IMG/VR virus record: IMGVR_UViG_3300033233_000001
Coordinates: 62,001-126,000 of that record
Reading direction: 5' to 3' (one strand)
DNA length: 64,000 bases
Position 1 is the first letter of the stretch. Every line of letters starts with the position of its first letter. A model generated the notes under the pieces. It searched no databases. It had not been told where the DNA came from and saw only the letters and a program-made list of their open reading frames with translations. The position numbers and the translations under genes are program-made. Positions 1 through 9,244 of this stretch are shown piece by piece.

Positions 1-333
1 GCGAAGGCGAAGTTGCCGCCACGTGCGTCTTGAGGTACCGTCTGCGCTGGATGCTCCGATCCATCCACTCGGAGACGCCAGACGCGCGAGCCGCGCCCAC
101 GCTTGCTGCGCCGCGGCCCCGAAGACGGGGCGCGCCGCGCCGGGGAGCATGACGCCGACGTCCGCCGGCAGCAGGCCAGTGGCGATCCAGTACTCGCCGG
201 TCGGCGTGCCGTAGACCGGCTCCGCCTCGTCGATCTCGCGCTCCTGGGCTTCGACGAGCACTTCCGAGCGGCCGTCGAAGATCCACAGGCCGCTGTCGCC
301 GCCCTGGTCCCAGGTGAGGTCGAAGATGCGCAT
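1..333 (-). CDS. hypothetical protein, partial (runs off window start)
   Basis: ATG at 333 overlaps the TGA of the upstream gene (TGATG); open frame MRIFDLTWDQGG... to position 1. Confidence 0.55.
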   Translation of the reverse strand, partial: MRIFDLTWDQGGDSGLWIFDGRSEVLVEAQEREIDEAEPVYGTPTGEYWIATGLLPADVGVMLPGAARPVFGAAAQQAWARLARLASPSGWIGASSADGTSRRTWRQLRLR

Positions 334-671
334 CAGAGGCACCAGAGCCCTTCGCCGCCGAAGTCGCCGTGGGTCTCGCCGTTCGGGAAGCGGACCTTGA
401 CGGCGCAGCCGCGCGGGTCGCCGTTGAAGTCGATCTGCGTCACGCCGTACTCCTTGAGCGCGGCCGACACGCGCGCTTCGAGACGCGAGTCGCGCTTCTC
501 TTCGCGCTCGGTGAGGCTGCGGTTGCAACCGGTCTCTGCCAGCGTGTGCAGGCTGTGCGCGTCGCGCAAGATCGCGATCGCTTCGCGCGCGATGATGTGC
601 GCGGGCTTGGTCTTCGGCGCGTACCGCGCGAGGACCGCAACGAAACAGGCCGTGTCTTCGAGGTTGCTCAT
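333..671 (-). CDS. phage-type hypothetical protein (C-terminal NGDPRG motif)
   Basis: 112 aa ORF with purine-rich RBS, leader hairpin and TTGACA promoter upstream. Confidence 0.75.
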   Translation of the reverse strand: MSNLEDTACFVAVLARYAPKTKPAHIIAREAIAILRDAHSLHTLAETGCNRSLTEREEKRDSRLEARVSAALKEYGVTQIDFNGDPRGCAVKVRFPNGETHGDFGGEGLWCL

Positions 672-690
672 GATCTTCTTCTTCCTCTCG

Positions 691-748
691 TCCGGCGTGT
701 CTGCCGGCTCACGTCCATCTATCTAGCAATCGCCCCGTGCGCTGTCAA
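691..748 (-). promoter_or_regulatory. sigma70-like promoter (TTGACA 743-748) plus leader hairpin CCGGC-AGACAC-GCCGG
   Basis: TTGACA, TAGAT -10-like box, hairpin shared with seven other leaders. Confidence 0.7.
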
Positions 749-978
749 GCGTCTGTCGCAACGTTTCGCAGCAGGGTCAGACCCGGCGAGTGAGCGCTTC
801 TTGTCGGTCATCGTCTCCTCCTTCTCGTGCGTCGCGCGCTGCTCTCGGTACCGGCTTCTCCCCCGGCCTAGAATGGGGGCGTCTTTGACCGGTCGGTTGG
901 CTTCTGGCCGTCGCCTCTGCCGCTTGGCCCTTTGCATGACCGAGCCCGCTCCGAGAGCAGCGCGCGACGCGCGCGCGT

Positions 979-1398
979 TCAGCCGTAAACGAGTTCTCCC
1001 AGAAGCGAAAGCTGCACCAGCACATCTCCAGTGATCGCGTCGTACTGGTCGGCGACGAAAGCCGCGAAGTGCTTCGGGTGCTTCGCGGCCATCAGGTCGA
1101 GACCGCGCTGGATGACCTTGCCGTTGAGCACGAGCGGCTCGTAGTCCTTGTCGCCCTCGTCCGTGCCCGTGTCGTCGTCGTCGACGCGGCAGACGACCGC
1201 GCCGCCCTGTACCGGGTAGTCGCAGTACTCGTGGATCATGCCGTCGCCGAGCAGCGGCTTCACCGCGCCGCGCGGCTTGCGGTACGTCATGATCCGGCAC
1301 CAGCTGCCGCAGCCGTAGCTGCCGCCCTCGAATGCCGAGCAGAGCAGGCCGGCGACCTTCTCCGCTGTGATCTCCGTCGTGACCGTGAACGCGCGCAT
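979..1398 (-). CDS. phage hypothetical protein (C-terminal DAITGDVLVQLSLLGELVYG)
   Basis: 139 aa ORF with RBS and promoter; C-terminal motif resembles a recurrent phage family. Confidence 0.75.
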   Translation of the reverse strand: MRAFTVTTEITAEKVAGLLCSAFEGGSYGCGSWCRIMTYRKPRGAVKPLLGDGMIHEYCDYPVQGGAVVCRVDDDDTGTDEGDKDYEPLVLNGKVIQRGLDLMAAKHPKHFAAFVADQYDAITGDVLVQLSLLGELVYG

Positions 1399-1417
1399 GG
1401 GTCTGTCTCTCTTTCAG

Positions 1418-1473
1418 GTCGCCGTGTTGGGCGACTCACAAGCGTACTCCAGCAATGCTCGCAGCGGTGTCAA
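1418..1473 (-). promoter_or_regulatory. promoter (TTGACA 1468-1473) plus leader hairpin GTCGCC-CAACAC-GGCGAC
   Basis: perfect 6-bp stem with NNACAY loop directly before the RBS. Confidence 0.7.
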
Positions 1474-1477
1474 GCGC

Positions 1478-1771
1478 CTACAAGCCGATTGCCGCGATTG
1501 CGGTCGCGAGGTCCGCCCCGCGCCCGATGTACGTGAGCGGTGTCGGCGTGTAGCCGTGGTCGCAGCGCGATGCGTGTTCTGGCAGGAAGACGCCGGGGTA
1601 CAGCGTCGCGTCGGTGACGGCCACCGTGAAGCGCCCGCCGCGAGCGTAGGCTCGCACCTGACCGCCGCGAGCGCGGACGTCGCGCAGAAGCTCTAGGCCG
1701 TTCTCGACGGCGTGACGGCTCATGGTCAGACGCATCGATCCTCCATCGTGGGCGGCAGCGCGCGGTGGCAC
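1478..1771 (-). CDS. hypothetical protein (start uncertain)
   Basis: in a contiguous minus-strand gene run. Confidence 0.5.
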   Translation of the reverse strand: MPPRAAAHDGGSMRLTMSRHAVENGLELLRDVRARGGQVRAYARGGRFTVAVTDATLYPGVFLPEHASRCDHGYTPTPLTYIGRGADLATAIAAIGL

Positions 1772-2097
1772 GCGCGGTACGTAGCCTCGAACGCCTCAAG
1801 CTCCGACCAGTCCTTGCGCCGGAGGTTGAGCACGGCCTTGACGTGGACGTGTGCCGCGTCGCGCGTTCGGAATGACGCTTCGTTGTAGAGGTACGCGGTC
1901 CCGCCGACGCCGATGAAGAGGTCGCACGGGTTGTACGAAGCTCCGTCCAACGGCAACCACAGCCAGACGGTCGTGCCCTGCGGGTTCGAGATCTTGTAGC
2001 CTCGTCGAATGAGCCGCTGTGCGATCCAGCGGTCCGACGCCGAAAGCTCGCGCAGTGCGTCTCGTCGACGCCAGGCTTCTGCGGCCGCAGGCGTCAT
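1726..2097 (-). CDS. hypothetical protein
   Basis: ATGA overlap with upstream gene; protein-like composition. Confidence 0.6.
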   Translation of the reverse strand: MTPAAAEAWRRRDALRELSASDRWIAQRLIRRGYKISNPQGTTVWLWLPLDGASYNPCDLFIGVGGTAYLYNEASFRTRDAAHVHVKAVLNLRRKDWSELEAFEATYRACHRALPPTMEDRCV

Positions 2098-2516
2098 GCG
2101 CTCGCGCGCTCCTGTTCGTAGCTGCCGAAGCTCGGGTAGACCTCTACGCCGCGCTCGTTGAGAGCGGCGCGGATGCGGTACGTCGCCAGCTGGAAGTCAC
2201 GCGCCGTGTGCCCGTCGGGGCGCAGCGTCGGCGTGTAGCCCGTGTGCGGCCGACAGCCGGAGAGCAGGTCGTCGAGACTGCGCGCTGCCGTGACCATCGC
2301 GACGTCGGCGTCGATGCCGACGCGCACGCCGAAGCGCCCGTCTGCGAGCACGACGATCGCGCCGCGCCGAAGCAGCTTCTTGGCGTACGTCCACCAGCCC
2401 TGGCAGATCGGCTCGTACGAGGGCAGCGCGTAGATCCAGCCGCCGTGCCAGCCGCGCGCCGTGCCGGTCTTCTTGGCGTATGCCTTGGCCGCTGCCTCGA
2501 TGGTCGAGTAGCTCAT
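2094..2516 (-). CDS. hypothetical protein (MSYSTIEAAAK...)
   Basis: ATG 2516 overlaps the stop of 2513-2722. Confidence 0.65.
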   Translation of the reverse strand: MSYSTIEAAAKAYAKKTGTARGWHGGWIYALPSYEPICQGWWTYAKKLLRRGAIVVLADGRFGVRVGIDADVAMVTAARSLDDLLSGCRPHTGYTPTLRPDGHTARDFQLATYRIRAALNERGVEVYPSFGSYEQERASA

Positions 2517-2722
2517 GACTCGATCTCCTCCTTCTCGTCGTCGTCGTCGCACTTCTCCTCGGCGTCGCACTCTTCGCAGGCTTCGCGGGCCTGCTCCGGG
2601 TGTTCCGGGCAGATCTCGTGGACGTAGACGTGCTCCTCGCCGTCCTTCCGGTAGATGGCCGCGCGCGAGTCGGCGGCCTCGCGCTCGAAGAACCCGTCTT
2701 CGAAGATGCCGTACTCGCTCAT
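2513..2722 (-). CDS. small acidic Cys/His-containing hypothetical protein
   Basis: RBS, leader hairpin and promoter upstream. Confidence 0.65.
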   Translation of the reverse strand: MSEYGIFEDGFFEREAADSRAAIYRKDGEEHVYVHEICPEHPEQAREACEECDAEEKCDDDDEKEEIES

Positions 2723-2742
2723 GGTCTCTCTCTTCCTTCCGG

Positions 2743-2799
2743 GCCAGCATGTCTGCCGGCTCACACAAGACATTCTAACCGGGCATCAACCGATGTCAA
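2743..2799 (-). promoter_or_regulatory. promoter TTGACA-N16-TAGAAT plus leader hairpin GCCGGC-AGACAT-GCTGGC
   Basis: near-consensus -35/-10 boxes. Confidence 0.8.
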
Positions 2800-2866
2800 G
2801 CGTCGCCAGAAAAGAAAGTTGTTTGCTCGACGAAAGGCGCGTAGAGAGAGGTACAAACCAGCCGCA

Positions 2867-3046
2867 AAATGACCATACATGACCATCGCGATTGCCGGCT
2901 CTGTACGCCCCGCCACGCGGCCAGTTTTCGAGCCCTCTCAGCGTAGCATCGACGTCGCCGGAGTCGAACGCTCGCGACTGGCACGGAGATTGGCGATGGC
3001 CGAAAATGTCAACGGTTTCGGGCTGTCCTACATGCTACTACTGGAA
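2867..3046. repeat. ~180-bp non-coding element, copy 1 (copy 2 at 39065-39244)
   Basis: collinear shared blocks AAATGACCATA..TGACCATCGCGATTGCCGGC, AGTCGAACGCTCGCGACTGGCACG (24/24), GTTTCGG, TACTACT. Confidence 0.85.
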
Positions 3047-3158
3047 AATCCTGTTCGGCCGCACGGCTCGTGCGTTGTGGCTGGACAGGGCGACAGAGGT
3101 GGCGGTCGGCGGTGATAGCTGGCATAGAGAGTGTCCGGCGGATTCTTTTGCGCGACGA

Positions 3159-3213
3159 TTGACGACGCTGCGACAGATGTTAGAATGTGGTCGAAGCTGG
3201 CAGACACGCTGGC
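3159..3213 (+). promoter_or_regulatory. promoter TTGACG-N16-TAGAAT plus leader hairpin GCTGGC-AGACAC-GCTGGC
   Basis: -35 3159-3164, -10 3181-3186, hairpin 3196-3213, GGAGG RBS. Confidence 0.8.
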
Positions 3214-3230
3214 CCGGAGGAGAGACGAAC

Positions 3231-3437
3231 ATGACGACGAAGACGCTCACCGTGCCCGGCCACTTCCCCGCGCCCAAGGCGCGCCGCTTTGCCGGATGCG
3301 ACGTGAAGGTCGAGTTTTGTCTCCCGGCGCCGGGCGTCGGGAAGTTGAAGACGATCGACGTGGTGTTGTCGCGAGACCATGCGAAGGCGCTCGTCGCTTC
3401 GCTCACGGCGTTGCTGTCAGAGATGGGGCAGTCGTGA
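3231..3437 (+). CDS. hypothetical protein (MTTKTLTVPG...)
   Basis: GGAGG RBS; first gene of the plus-strand unit. Confidence 0.65.
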   Translation: MTTKTLTVPGHFPAPKARRFAGCDVKVEFCLPAPGVGKLKTIDVVLSRDHAKALVASLTALLSEMGQS

Positions 3438-3775
3438 ACGCCGTGGACGGCTGGAGGGTTGCGGTGAGAACGCAGGGCGGTGCGGTGACCGCGTGGCAGC
3501 AGTGCTACCGCTCCGCTCCGGAGTTCAACAACCGCGAGTGGTACAGGATCGAGGGCATGTCGCCGGCCGGCGACTGGACTGCGTCGCTGTACGACTCGGG
3601 TCAGCACGGCTACAACTACCCGGCCGCGGCATTGCCGGTCGTTCGCGCTGCCATCCGTCGCGCCGTGGCCAAGCTGGTCAAGGCCGAGGAAACGTGCGGC
3701 GGCGCGTACTATCGCCACCTTCAGGACACCATCCGGCCGTACGTGAGCACGCCGCCCTACGCGAGCGCGCGATGA
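3434..3775 (+). CDS. hypothetical protein
   Basis: GTGA overlap with previous gene. Confidence 0.6.
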   Translation: MNAVDGWRVAVRTQGGAVTAWQQCYRSAPEFNNREWYRIEGMSPAGDWTASLYDSGQHGYNYPAAALPVVRAAIRRAVAKLVKAEETCGGAYYRHLQDTIRPYVSTPPYASAR

Positions 3776-4047
3776 CTGCGACGAAGCGAGCGGACACCAC
3801 GTTGATCGCGGTCACGAAGCGCACTATCAGCTTCGAGGGCAGCATCGAGTACATCGCGGCCGACGTGAAGCACTCGGGCAGGGCCTACGCGATCAAGGCG
3901 ATGCGGATCGACGGGCGCCCCGACCTCGGCGTCTACGAAGCGCGGCGTGTCTTCACGCTCTCGAACGGCAGCGCACAGGAGTCGCCCCATCGTTCGCCAT
4001 CGCGCATCAACCGTGCGATCGAGGACGGGCTGCGAGGCGTGCTGTGA
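3772..4047 (+). CDS. hypothetical protein
   Basis: ATGA overlap with previous gene. Confidence 0.6.
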   Translation: MTATKRADTTLIAVTKRTISFEGSIEYIAADVKHSGRAYAIKAMRIDGRPDLGVYEARRVFTLSNGSAQESPHRSPSRINRAIEDGLRGVL

Positions 4048-4105
4048 GCGTTCTCCGGCTGGACGACGAGCGTCTGACGCTGCTGCGCTTTGTTGCGATA
4101 GACGC

Positions 4106-4163
4106 TTGACAGCGCCTGTGCTTGGGCTAGATTCACGTCACATGAGCCGCCGAACATGGTGGC
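4106..4163 (+). promoter_or_regulatory. promoter TTGACA-N16-TAGATT plus leader hairpin GCCGCC-GAACAT-GGTGGC
   Basis: -35 4106-4111, -10 4128-4133, hairpin 4146-4163. Confidence 0.75.
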
Positions 4164-4175
4164 CGGGAGCAGACG

Positions 4176-4475
4176 GTGATGCGTGTGTACCATGCGAAGT
4201 TGAGCGAGAGCGGTCGGATGTACGACCCGGCTTTCGACGGCGAGCGACCGTTCAATGCCGAGGGCTACGACCTCGTGGCGACCGTCGAAGGGTTCGGCCT
4301 CGACGAGGCGTTCTCGCGGACGAACACGATCGACTTCCCCTGGTGGGAGAACGCGTGCGTCGTCAAGACCGTGGACGGCGGCGTGCGCTCGACGTCGGTG
4401 GGCGACGTGATCGTCGATGCCGATGGCGTCGCGTGGCGCGTCGAGGCGACGGGCTTTCGGCAGGTGGCGTCGTGA
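4176..4475 (+). CDS. YodL-like domain protein
   Basis: LDEAF..TN...RSTSVGDVIV...GF pattern typical of YodL-like domains. Confidence 0.6.
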   Translation: MMRVYHAKLSESGRMYDPAFDGERPFNAEGYDLVATVEGFGLDEAFSRTNTIDFPWWENACVVKTVDGGVRSTSVGDVIVDADGVAWRVEATGFRQVAS

Positions 4476-4622
4476 GCCGCGGGCGCGCCCACGCCGAGGT
4501 GATCGCGAAGCCGCGAGTGCCTCGCGGCTCGTAAAATGCGCGCTTCTCGACGCGGAACCGCGGTAAGGGTCGTGACCCGCGCATAGGGCGACGGGCGCGC
4601 TGGAACGAAGAGGACGGACAAG

Positions 4623-5732
4623 ATGGCGATGAAGATCGACGTGACGAAGACGATTCTCCGGGCTCGCTCGCTCGGAGAGCAGGTGAGCGAGGCGCGCACG
4701 GTGCTGATCGGCCTTCGGGCCCAGCGGGCGGCGCGCGACGCGGAGGTCGCGAAGCTCGACAAGAGCATCAGCGAAGCGGAGGGTCAGCGCGCAACGCTCA
4801 TCGCGCTCATCGCGCGGATCGACGAGGCCATCGAGGCGCTGTCGTCGTCGCTCGGCGATCACGAGCCGTTCGCGGAGATCGGCATCAAGCCGCCGGACAT
4901 CAAGCCGCCGGACATCAAGCGGACGCGCGGTGCACAGCCGTCGCCATCGAGCGTGAGCTTCCGTCAGAAGCTGGTGGAGTCGTTCGTCGACGGTGCCCGG
5001 GACGTGTCCGCTCTTCGCCGGCTGTTTCCGGACGTGTCCGCGAACGCTGTCGCCGCAGGCGTGAGCGAACTCGTGCGCATCGGCAAGCTCGTGCGCACCG
5101 GTACGGTCAAGAAGTACGTGTACGCGCTGCCGGCCGGCGCGTCGAAGGCGGCCGGCGCGTCGGTGGCTGCACCGAGGGCCAAGGCCACGGTGCCCAACAG
5201 CGCGACCGTGCGGGGCGGCGTACTGGCAGCGTGTCTGGACGGCCCCAAGCGGATGAGCGACTTCCGCAAGGCGCTGCCGAACGCGAACGAGAACACGATC
5301 CACTCGGCCGCGAACTACCTCGTGATGAACGGGACGCTCGTGCGTGCCGGCGAGTCGATGCACTACGTGTACGCGATGCCGAGCCACGCGAAGATCGCCG
5401 CCGGCATGATCGCCGAAGCGAAGGCGAACGAGGCTGCGAACGGCGTGCCGGTGCCGGCGCCTACGCCGCCGTCCGGCAAGTCGGCGAAGCGCGCGGTCAA
5501 GCGCGGTCCTGGCCCGTGGAAGGGCGCGAAGCAGGCTCCGCGGGGCTCTCGCGTCGCGGCCGTGCTCGAAGTCTGCAAGGGCGGTCCGATGGCATTCGGC
5601 GAGATCGCGCGACTTCTGCCGGACGTGAACCGGATGGTGCTGTCGACGACGGTCGGAACACTCAAGAAGACCGGTCGTCTTCGGCAGACCGGCGTGCGCG
5701 GCAGCCACATGTACACGACGGCCGCGCGGTGA
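4623..5732 (+). CDS. coiled-coil plus three repeated winged-helix-like DNA-binding modules
   Basis: N-terminal heptads; repeats GKLVRTG..YVYALP / GTLVRAG..YVYAMP / GRLRQTG..HMYT. Confidence 0.7.
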   Translation: MAMKIDVTKTILRARSLGEQVSEARTVLIGLRAQRAARDAEVAKLDKSISEAEGQRATLIALIARIDEAIEALSSSLGDHEPFAEIGIKPPDIKPPDIKRTRGAQPSPSSVSFRQKLVESFVDGARDVSALRRLFPDVSANAVAAGVSELVRIGKLVRTGTVKKYVYALPAGASKAAGASVAAPRAKATVPNSATVRGGVLAACLDGPKRMSDFRKALPNANENTIHSAANYLVMNGTLVRAGESMHYVYAMPSHAKIAAGMIAEAKANEAANGVPVPAPTPPSGKSAKRAVKRGPGPWKGAKQAPRGSRVAAVLEVCKGGPMAFGEIARLLPDVNRMVLSTTVGTLKKTGRLRQTGVRGSHMYTTAAR

Positions 5733-5773
5733 CCGACTCCGCTCCGAGGGAGTGCTCGCCTGGATACTGAGCG

Positions 5774-6001
5774 ATGGACGTCCGACTCGAACTGAAACAG
5801 AGCCTCGTCCTCACCAAGGATGAGTGGCGGCTCATCTCTAAGGCGCTGCGCGGCGCGCTCAAGCCGGGTCCCGAGCAGGAAGAGGCGTTCGAGCTTCAGA
5901 AGAAGATGCACCGACTGAAGCACGAGTGGCTGAAGCAGACCATCGCGGAGTCGCAAAAGGTCATCGACAACATCGACAAGGCAGAGACGGAGGACGTGTG
6001 A
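5774..6001 (+). CDS. hypothetical protein
   Basis: 75 aa helical ORF. Confidence 0.65.
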   Translation: MDVRLELKQSLVLTKDEWRLISKALRGALKPGPEQEEAFELQKKMHRLKHEWLKQTIAESQKVIDNIDKAETEDV

Positions 6002-6408
6002 GCTACTTCGACGACGCACCGCTGAACGAACAGGCCGAGGCGTTCTTGCCGATCGCCAAGCTCATCATCGAGCAGTGCGATTTTCACGCGGGCGCCGTGC
6101 GCTTCGATGTACTGCGCAACGGCCGCGAGCGTGGATACGTACTCACGCGTACCGACGACGAGAAGAACGGCCTGCGCGTCTTCTTCGCCGAGTGCAGAGG
6201 CTCGGACCAGTTCTTTCTCTGGTCGTGGCCGACGACGAATCCGGCGCTGGCTCCGACGATCGCAGAATGCAGTACGCACAGCTACGAGGAGCGCGTCGAG
6301 GTTCCGTGGCTGCGCTTCGATCTCGCGTGGGCTCAGCTGAAGAAGCTCGTCGATCGCCCGAGCCGGCGTGCGCAGATACCGCACCGCGTCGAGGGGTTCG
6401 GCGCGTGA
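5998..6408 (+). CDS. hypothetical protein
   Basis: GGAGG RBS, GTGA overlap. Confidence 0.65.
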   Translation: MSYFDDAPLNEQAEAFLPIAKLIIEQCDFHAGAVRFDVLRNGRERGYVLTRTDDEKNGLRVFFAECRGSDQFFLWSWPTTNPALAPTIAECSTHSYEERVEVPWLRFDLAWAQLKKLVDRPSRRAQIPHRVEGFGA

Positions 6409-6920
6409 GCAAGCACCGGCACCGCTTCAGCGTCAACAGCTACCGGCCGCGAGGCTTGTCGATCTTGGATGTCGAAGAGGGGTGTGCGTGCGGCGAAACG
6501 CGCACACGCAAGCCGACGGCGGACGAGAACGCCGGGCATCGCGCGAACGAGAAGGACGAGGTCGAGCTTCACCGGCTCAGCCGCGCTTTCGAGAAGGCTC
6601 TCGGTGACGAGTACGGCTACGAGGCGATGCTCATCGCCCGGCGCTGGGCGAAGAAGCATCCGGCTCGGATCTTCGTTGCGCGCATCGACGACGGCCACTT
6701 CTGCGGCTCGAACATCGTGTTCCTGACGAACGAGACAGAACAGCAGTACTGGGGTGCGAGTGCCTGGGTCATTCCGCAGTGCACGGGCGAGAAGCCGATG
6801 CGGTTCTTTCTTTATCCGGGCGACAGCGACAGCTTGCTCGAAGCTCTCACGGCGGTGCGCAAGCGTGAGCGCGTGAAGCGCGATGGGCGCAGTCTGCTCA
6901 ACCCGATGACCGCACGCTGA
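6405..6920 (+). CDS. hypothetical protein
   Basis: GTGA overlap; protein-like composition. Confidence 0.6.
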   Translation: MSKHRHRFSVNSYRPRGLSILDVEEGCACGETRTRKPTADENAGHRANEKDEVELHRLSRAFEKALGDEYGYEAMLIARRWAKKHPARIFVARIDDGHFCGSNIVFLTNETEQQYWGASAWVIPQCTGEKPMRFFLYPGDSDSLLEALTAVRKRERVKRDGRSLLNPMTAR

Positions 6921-6921
6921 G

Positions 6922-7155
6922 ATGCCGTACCGAACGCCAGCCTCGCCGAAGCCGCCGCGGGCCGCGGAAGCTCGCTGCTGCGGCCGCTGCTGGCCGATGA
7001 CCGGCGGCTGTCTGCATCGCTGCTACTTCGAGGTGCCGGGACCGCTCGGGCTCGGCAAGCGCAAGCTCAGCGCGGGCTGTTCGTTCGATCTGCCAGGCGG
7101 TACGCCTCCGCTCGTCTATCGAGATGGCGTGTGGACGCGCGAGGAGAAGTCGTGA
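6922..7155 (+). CDS. small Cys-rich hypothetical protein
   Basis: adjacent in operon. Confidence 0.45.
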   Translation: MPYRTPASPKPPRAAEARCCGRCWPMTGGCLHRCYFEVPGPLGLGKRKLSAGCSFDLPGGTPPLVYRDGVWTREEKS

Positions 7156-7418
7156 AGCCCGCCGACCTCAAGCGGCTATCGCCGCAGTCCGAGATGTGCG
7201 AGCCGTGTGGCGAGTGCCGACGCTGCCAGGAACGGCACGTCTGGAAAGACGAGGCACGTCGGCTCCGCGCACAGCAGAAGCGCCTCGCGCAGGCCGCGAT
7301 CGACTTCATCGAGGCCGCGGGCGCGACGGAGACGCCGGGGCTGTTGGAGCGACGCTTGCGAACGCTCGCGGAGAAGGCAGGCGCGCAGTCGTCAGTTGCG
7401 CATCGCGACGGCAAGTAG
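7131..7418 (+). CDS. small CxxC-CxxC hypothetical protein (likely start GTG ~7152)
   Basis: CEPCGECRRC motif; GAGGAG RBS. Confidence 0.5.
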   Translation: MDARGEVVKPADLKRLSPQSEMCEPCGECRRCQERHVWKDEARRLRAQQKRLAQAAIDFIEAAGATETPGLLERRLRTLAEKAGAQSSVAHRDGK

Positions 7419-7763
7419 CCCGAGGCCGACGACAGCGACCGCGCCGCCGATCGCCCAGGGCGTCCAGTCCATTGCGGGCATGACGACGCTCGTGATCGGC
7501 GTGGGGCCGCCGTAGGTCGGGGCCGGCGCGCCCTTGCCACCGCCGCCGTAGGTCGGGGGCGGCGGCGCGTAGCCGCCGCCAGTGGGCTTGGCACCGCCTG
7601 TCGGCGCGGGCGGCCGTGTGGTCGTGCTCGTCGTCGTCGTTGCTCGACTGGCCAGGTACGCCGCAACCTGGGCGTCGGTGGCGGTTGGATGTGCCTGTCG
7701 GTACTCGACCTCTTCGAGCGAGAAGGTCGTTTCCTGTCCGAAGCCTTCGCCGTGGTAGCTCAT
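7392..7763 (-). CDS. Pro/Gly/Thr-rich protein with C-terminal TM helix (putative virion membrane protein)
   Basis: MSY start, GFGQ motif, PTYGG repeats, WAIGGAVAVVGLGLLAVAM TM. Confidence 0.7.
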   Translation of the reverse strand: MSYHGEGFGQETTFSLEEVEYRQAHPTATDAQVAAYLASRATTTTSTTTRPPAPTGGAKPTGGGYAPPPPTYGGGGKGAPAPTYGGPTPITSVVMPAMDWTPWAIGGAVAVVGLGLLAVAMRN

Positions 7764-7773
7764 CGTCGGCTCC

Positions 7774-8055
7774 TCAGTTCGGTCGGTGTCGTCGACGGCG
7801 ACCCCGGTTGCGGCGCGGTCCAGCGACTGCCTGATGGGCGAACCAGCCGACGCCGAGGCCGACGAAGCCGGCGGTCGCGACGCTGAGTCCGACGCCGACG
7901 CCGGTCAGATCGAGCCCGAGCGCCTGCCCGAGCCCGGCCATCGAGATGATCGGCGCTGCGGTTGCGCAGCCCGTGCACGCGCATCCGCCACCGCAGCCGA
8001 GACCCATCAGCGGGTACCTGTTCGAGCGCATGCCCGAGATCCTCTGGTAGCTCAT
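7774..8055 (-). CDS. small membrane protein with GLG motifs, Cys cluster and Arg-rich tail
   Basis: MSYQ...LMGLGCGGGCACTGC...MAGLGQ...TM...RRNRGRRRR. Confidence 0.65.
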   Translation of the reverse strand: MSYQRISGMRSNRYPLMGLGCGGGCACTGCATAAPIISMAGLGQALGLDLTGVGVGLSVATAGFVGLGVGWFAHQAVAGPRRNRGRRRRHRPN

Positions 8056-8119
8056 GCCGGAGAGGATAGCGCAAGAGACGGTGCGCGCGCCAGCGGCACG
8101 CGGTACTCTAGGATCGGAA

Positions 8120-8830
8120 ATGCGCGACGCGCTCGTCAAGGTTGGCCTCGGCCTCGCGACCGCCGCGTACGTTCGCGACGCCGTCACCCGTCCCTACGAG
8201 ATGGCTGGCATCGCGCGGCGCCTCGCCCGCACGAGCGGCAAGCCCATGGTGAACCTCGGGGCCGGCGTGAGCGGCCGCTCGGTACGCGCGTCCCTGATGG
8301 GCCCGCGCTTCTGGGGCGACGCGAACCTCGACGACTGCGCGCCGGTGTGCTCGCCGGGCCCGAACATCGTCAGCTACTCCGACTACTACACGCTCCCCTG
8401 GTCGGACAGGTACTTCGGCGCGCTCTTCGCGTGCGATGTGCTCGAACACCTAGAGCATCCGGACGTGGCTCTCGTCGAGTGGCAGCGCGTCGCCGACTAC
8501 GTCGTCGTCTGCGTGCCGGCGCTCTGGCGGCCGGACAAGTGGCTCGCCCGCTGGTACGTCGAGCCCGACCTGACGCGTGCGTGGCCGATCTGGGCTCGCA
8601 GATCTCGCACGGCGATCTTGCCAGTGTCGGACACTCGTGCGTATAGTCCCGGCCGATGTCCGACAAGAATCCTGCCCCGTTCTCCGGCTCCGCCGGCCAT
8701 GCCGTCCCCGCCGCCCTCGCCGGCATCCCAGCCGCTTCCGCCAGCCCGCCAAGCGGACGATGGTACCGAGTCATTGCCTGTCATCTCGACGCTGGCGGTA
8801 CTTTCGGGATCCGACTCCGGGAATACCTGA
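8120..8830 (+). CDS. class I SAM-dependent methyltransferase-like protein with N-terminal hydrophobic segment
   Basis: VNLGAG motif I-like; LPWSDRYF..DVLEHLEHP. Confidence 0.65.
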   Translation: MRDALVKVGLGLATAAYVRDAVTRPYEMAGIARRLARTSGKPMVNLGAGVSGRSVRASLMGPRFWGDANLDDCAPVCSPGPNIVSYSDYYTLPWSDRYFGALFACDVLEHLEHPDVALVEWQRVADYVVVCVPALWRPDKWLARWYVEPDLTRAWPIWARRSRTAILPVSDTRAYSPGRCPTRILPRSPAPPAMPSPPPSPASQPLPPARQADDGTESLPVISTLAVLSGSDSGNT

Positions 8831-9225
8831 GCCGCGCGGTCTACGACCGGTCGACGACGTTCCGCTTCCTCGCGGCCGAGGCGAAGAAGCTCGCGGACTC
8901 GGAAGCGGTGGGCGTCATCGACGAGCAGGGTGCGCTCGTCCATCTGCTCGCTGGCAAGACCGGCCGTTTCGCGTCCGCCGACCTGAAGAAGCTCGTGATC
9001 GCCAAGCTCGCCGCTGACGGCGGCCGCGAGCCCGACGAGAAGCCGCCGGCCGAGAAGAAGAAGCGCACGAGCCGCAAGCCAAGCGTGAAGCGTACGTCGA
9101 GAAAGAAGAAGGACCCGACGGGCGCCGCCGCGGGAAAGCGCACGAGCAAGAAGCGCACGAGCCGAAGAAAGAAGCCGAAGGCGCCGGAAGCGGCTTCGTC
9201 ACGTTCGTCGATCTGGAACGCCTGA
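8656..9225 (+). CDS. hypothetical protein with basic C-terminal tail (4x KRTS[RK])
   Basis: TATAGT box 8 nt upstream of ATG; histone-H1-like tail. Confidence 0.6.
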   Translation: MSDKNPAPFSGSAGHAVPAALAGIPAASASPPSGRWYRVIACHLDAGGTFGIRLREYLSRAVYDRSTTFRFLAAEAKKLADSEAVGVIDEQGALVHLLAGKTGRFASADLKKLVIAKLAADGGREPDEKPPAEKKKRTSRKPSVKRTSRKKKDPTGAAAGKRTSKKRTSRRKKPKAPEAASSRSSIWNA

Positions 9226-9244
9226 AAACCTGAGGAGAACAAGA

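Noticed and set aside
2867-3115. Small protein encoded by the duplicated 180-bp element
   Set aside because: The second copy shifts frame and stops early, so coding is not conserved.
3933-5708. Long antisense ORFs (e.g. 591 aa here; also 12795-14009, 20107-21414, 40498-41487)
   Set aside because: Arg/Ala-rich shadow frames opposite well-supported genes, expected at high GC.
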